Origin: an uncultured Sedimenticola sp.
GTDB taxonomy: Bacteria > Pseudomonadota > Gammaproteobacteria > Chromatiales > Chromatiaceae
Reading direction: 5' to 3'
Assembly (NCBI GenBank): GCA_964404295.1
Contig: CAYOJM010000020.1
Location: 44,002-108,001, forward strand
Length of the DNA: 64,000 bases
In this document: positions 61,192 to 64,000 of the stretch, in pieces
How the letters are laid out: every line of letters begins with the position of its first letter
Numbering within the stretch: position 1 is the first letter of the stretch
The notes under the pieces: generated by a model
What the model saw: the letters and a program-made list of their open reading frames with translations, nothing else
Databases searched by the model: none
What the model was told of the DNA's origin: nothing
Made by a program: the position numbers and the translations under genes

Positions 61192-61968
61192 ATGGGTTTT
61201 CTCCAGGACAAGCAGATCCTCATCACCGGCATTGCCAGCAATCGCTCCATCGCCTACGGCGTGGCGCGCGCCATGCACCGGGAAGGCGCGCAGCTCGCCT
61301 TCACCTATCAAGGGGAAAAACTCAAAGGGCGTGTGGAGAAGTTCGCCGAAGAGTTCGGTTCCGACATCGTGCTCCCCCTGGACGTGACCCGGGACGAGGA
61401 GATCGAGGGGGTCTTTGATGTCCTCGGAGAACGCTGGGGGGGGCTGGACGGGTTGGTCCACTCCATCGGATTCGCGCCACGCGACCAGCTCGAAGGCAGC
61501 TTCATCGACGCCATCAACCGCGAGGGCTTCCAAACCGCGCTGGACATCAGCGCCTACAGCTTCGCCGCCCTGGCCAAGGCGGGCCGGTCTCTCATGAAAG
61601 GGCGCAACGCCGCCTTGGTGACCATGACCTATCTGGGCGCGGTGCGCACCATTCCCAACTACAACGTCATGGGGGTGGCCAAAGCGGCCCTGGAAGCCAC
61701 CACCCGTTACCTGGCCGACTCCATGGGACCCGACGGCATCCGGGTCAACGCCGTCTCCGCCGGTCCCATCCGCACCCTGGCCGCATCCGGCATCAACAAC
61801 TTTCGCAGCATGCTCGCCGAAGGAGAAAAGAAGAACCCCTTGCGTCGCAACGTCACCATCGACGAGGTGGGCAATGCCGCCGCCTTTCTCTGTTCGGATC
61901 TCGCCTCGGGAATCACGGGCGACGTCCTCTACGTGGACGCCGGATACCACGTGCTGGGCATGGCCTGA
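61192..61968 (+). CDS. fabI: Enoyl-ACP reductase
   Basis: [40 protein letters not shown] and [10 protein letters not shown] motifs. Confidence 0.97.
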   Translation: MGFLQDKQILITGIASNRSIAYGVARAMHREGAQLAFTYQGEKLKGRVEKFAEEFGSDIVLPLDVTRDEEIEGVFDVLGERWGGLDGLVHSIGFAPRDQLEGSFIDAINREGFQTALDISAYSFAALAKAGRSLMKGRNAALVTMTYLGAVRTIPNYNVMGVAKAALEATTRYLADSMGPDGIRVNAVSAGPIRTLAASGINNFRSMLAEGEKKNPLRRNVTIDEVGNAAAFLCSDLASGITGDVLYVDAGYHVLGMA

Positions 61969-61995
61969 AAACGCCGCCGGGCCGCGCCTTTCGCC

Positions 61996-63903
61996 TTACT
62001 CTGCGGTCACTTCCACTTCCGCCGCGGCCCGCAAGTCGCGCACCAGGAAGCCGAACTGGGCCTGCCCCTTGGCGCGAGCCAAGTTGCGGGCCTCGTTTCG
62101 GCGCGCCTCGTCATCCAGCGCAGACGGATCACCATCTTCCACCCCGCTGACCACCAGTACGGCGTAATCGCCTCCAGGCAACTCGACGCCACCGACGGAA
62201 ACATGCCCTTCGGCGGGCCGTGGCAAGGCGAACGCCTTCTCCACCACGGGCATGGGCGCCTCGGTGGATCGACGTCCGATCATCCCTGGTGATATGACCT
62301 TGCTCCCGCTTTCCTGGGCCGCCCGATCCAGATCGAGCTCTCCGGCGGCGAGGCGGGCCACCAACGATTCACCCCGCTCCCGCGCCCGTTCGGCGGCTTT
62401 ATCGGCCAGCAGGGCCTTGCGCACCTCGGCCTCAACCGCTTCGAAGGGCGGCACCTGCTCCATCTCGTGCTCCACCACCCGCAGTACCAACACCTGATCT
62501 TCGTCGAGCTCGATCAGCTCGCTGTTGTGCCCCTCTTCGAGTACATCCTGCGAAAAGGCGGCAGCCGCCACCTTGGGCGAGGCCAGCGGCCCTTCGCCAC
62601 CGTTGCGGTCGAACCAGTCCGACCGGCGGATCTCCAGCCCCAGAGCCTCAGCCGCCGTTTCCAGCTCGTCGGGGTGTTCATAGGCCAGATCGGCCAACTG
62701 CTCTGCCTTGTCGAACAACCGTTCCTCGGCACGATGACGCCGATAGGCCGCCTCCACTCGATGGCGCAGGCTCTCGAAGTCCCCTTCGCCACCCGACTTG
62801 ATCCCGGTGACCTGGACGACGTGGAAACCGAACGGCGTGCGCACCGGACGGCTCACCTCCCCCTCGTCCAAGGCGAAGGCCACCGCTTCGAAAGTCTTGG
62901 GCATCATCCCTTCGCTGAGCCATCCCAGCTCCCCACCCTGCTCTCGGGATCCTGGATCGTCGGACAACTCGCGGGCCAGGTCGGAAAAATCTTCTCCGGC
63001 CTTCAATCGCTCCACGATGGCGTCGGCACGGGCGCGGGCCTGCGTTTCTTGTTCCGCATCGGCGTTTTCCGGCAAGGCCACCAGGATATGGCGCACTTTG
63101 CGCTCTTCGGGCACCTGGAATTCATCCTTGTGTTGCGCCCAGTAGTCCTTGAGCGCCTCCTCGGTGACCTCCACTTCGGCTCCCACCGTCTCCGGATCCA
63201 GCAACAGATACTCCACCTTCACCCGTTCGGGAATGCGCCAGCGGGCTTTGTGCTCGTCGTAATAGGCTTTCAGCTCTTCATCGGTGGGCGTGTAATCGGC
63301 GATCAGGCGCCGCCCGTCCATGCGCAGCCATGAGACGCGCCGCTTCTGATCCCGCAGGCGGATATATTCGTTGACCTCCAGATCGGTGGCGATGGCCGAA
63401 TCCGTGACCCCCCGTTGCAACTGGTCCAACACCAGCTCGAGGCGAATGCTCTCTTCGAACGCCCGCTGGCTCAGCCCCTGATTGCGCACCGCGATGTTGT
63501 AGGCCTCGACATCGAATCTGCCGTTACGCTGGAAAGCCGGTATGGAACGGATGGCCGCCCGCACCAATTCGTCACCGGCTCTCAGGTTCCATGCGTCGGC
63601 TGCGCGTTGCAGCACCTCTTGATTGATGAGCTGCTCCAGCACCTGGCGGCGCAAGGCCGCCTCGGGAAAGAGCTCCGGACGGTAGGCGCCGCCCAGTTCC
63701 ACCCTCAGCCGGTCGCGTAGCAGGCGCACCTGACGATCCACTTCCCGCTGGGTGATCTCCTCGCCATCCACCGTGGCGGCCACCGGCTCCTCCCCCACAC
63801 CGAGATAGCTTTGGATGCCCCATAGGGCGAAAGGAATGGAGATGAAGGCCACGATGAGCCACGCAATCCACCCCTGGGCCTTTTCTCTGATTTCGAGCAG
63901 CAT
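61996..63903 (-). CDS. ppiD: Periplasmic folding chaperone / peptidyl-prolyl isomerase D
   Basis: N-terminal TM anchor, SurA-N-like domain, parvulin motifs RHIL, SDDPGS, GGELG and PVRTPFGFH. Confidence 0.93.
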   Translation of the reverse strand: MLLEIREKAQGWIAWLIVAFISIPFALWGIQSYLGVGEEPVAATVDGEEITQREVDRQVRLLRDRLRVELGGAYRPELFPEAALRRQVLEQLINQEVLQRAADAWNLRAGDELVRAAIRSIPAFQRNGRFDVEAYNIAVRNQGLSQRAFEESIRLELVLDQLQRGVTDSAIATDLEVNEYIRLRDQKRRVSWLRMDGRRLIADYTPTDEELKAYYDEHKARWRIPERVKVEYLLLDPETVGAEVEVTEEALKDYWAQHKDEFQVPEERKVRHILVALPENADAEQETQARARADAIVERLKAGEDFSDLARELSDDPGSREQGGELGWLSEGMMPKTFEAVAFALDEGEVSRPVRTPFGFHVVQVTGIKSGGEGDFESLRHRVEAAYRRHRAEERLFDKAEQLADLAYEHPDELETAAEALGLEIRRSDWFDRNGGEGPLASPKVAAAAFSQDVLEEGHNSELIELDEDQVLVLRVVEHEMEQVPPFEAVEAEVRKALLADKAAERARERGESLVARLAAGELDLDRAAQESGSKVISPGMIGRRSTEAPMPVVEKAFALPRPAEGHVSVGGVELPGGDYAVLVVSGVEDGDPSALDDEARRNEARNLARAKGQAQFGFLVRDLRAAAEVEVTAE

Positions 63904-63935
63904 GGTTCTTCCGAAAGTGACGAACGGACCAAACG

Positions 63936-63964
63936 AAAAACGGGGTACCGATCGATACCCCGTT
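63936..63964 (-). terminator. Terminator downstream of tRNA-Asp
   Basis: Minus strand AACGGGGTA-tcgatcgg-TACCCCGTTTTT. Confidence 0.75.
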
Positions 63965-63974
63965 CGTTCAAAGA

Positions 63975-64000
63975 TGGCGGAGTGGACGGGACTCGAACCC
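63975..64000 (-). tRNA. tRNA, probably Asp (3' end only; truncated by window edge)
   Basis: GGGTTCGAGTCCCGTCCACTCCGCCA closely resembles the tRNA-Asp 3' end; anticodon lies outside the window. Confidence 0.75.

Overview
A GC-rich chromosomal window from a gammaproteobacterium, probably a sulfur oxidiser of the Chromatiales or Sedimenticolaceae type. This is inferred from a sulfur globule protein, a DsrE-family protein, nifJ and the dnaQ-rnhA-mltD-ABC-fabI-ppiD synteny. It is mostly core genome: nrdR, glyA, tRNA-Pro/Arg/His, rppH, imuA-imuB-dnaE2, adk, metA, dnaQ, rnhA, mltD, an opp operon, fabI, ppiD and a partial tRNA-Asp. I saw no integrase, IS element, prophage or CRISPR array. The standout is a three-gene operon at about 31.8-37.0 kb. 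It has a sigma-54 promoter with paired NtrC-like sites and encodes an exported octaheme HAO-family cytochrome that appears to have Trp in place of the cross-linking Tyr (reductive type), an Amt ammonium transporter, and a CbcL-like 9-heme c / diheme b membrane protein. Together these suggest a nitrogen-starvation-induced periplasmic nitrite/hydroxylamine-to-ammonium assimilation module. Other notable items: an alphaproteobacterial-type LexA box before imuA, a sigma-54 OprC-like copper receptor with tandem palindromes, a Tat-exported DsrE protein beside the sulfur globule gene, a PPi-dependent PEPCK, a peroxidase-like diheme protein coupled to a GGDEF-EAL sensor, and an opp operon carrying a secreted M3 peptidase and an orphan ORF. 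All calls come from reading motifs by eye; no database searches were run.
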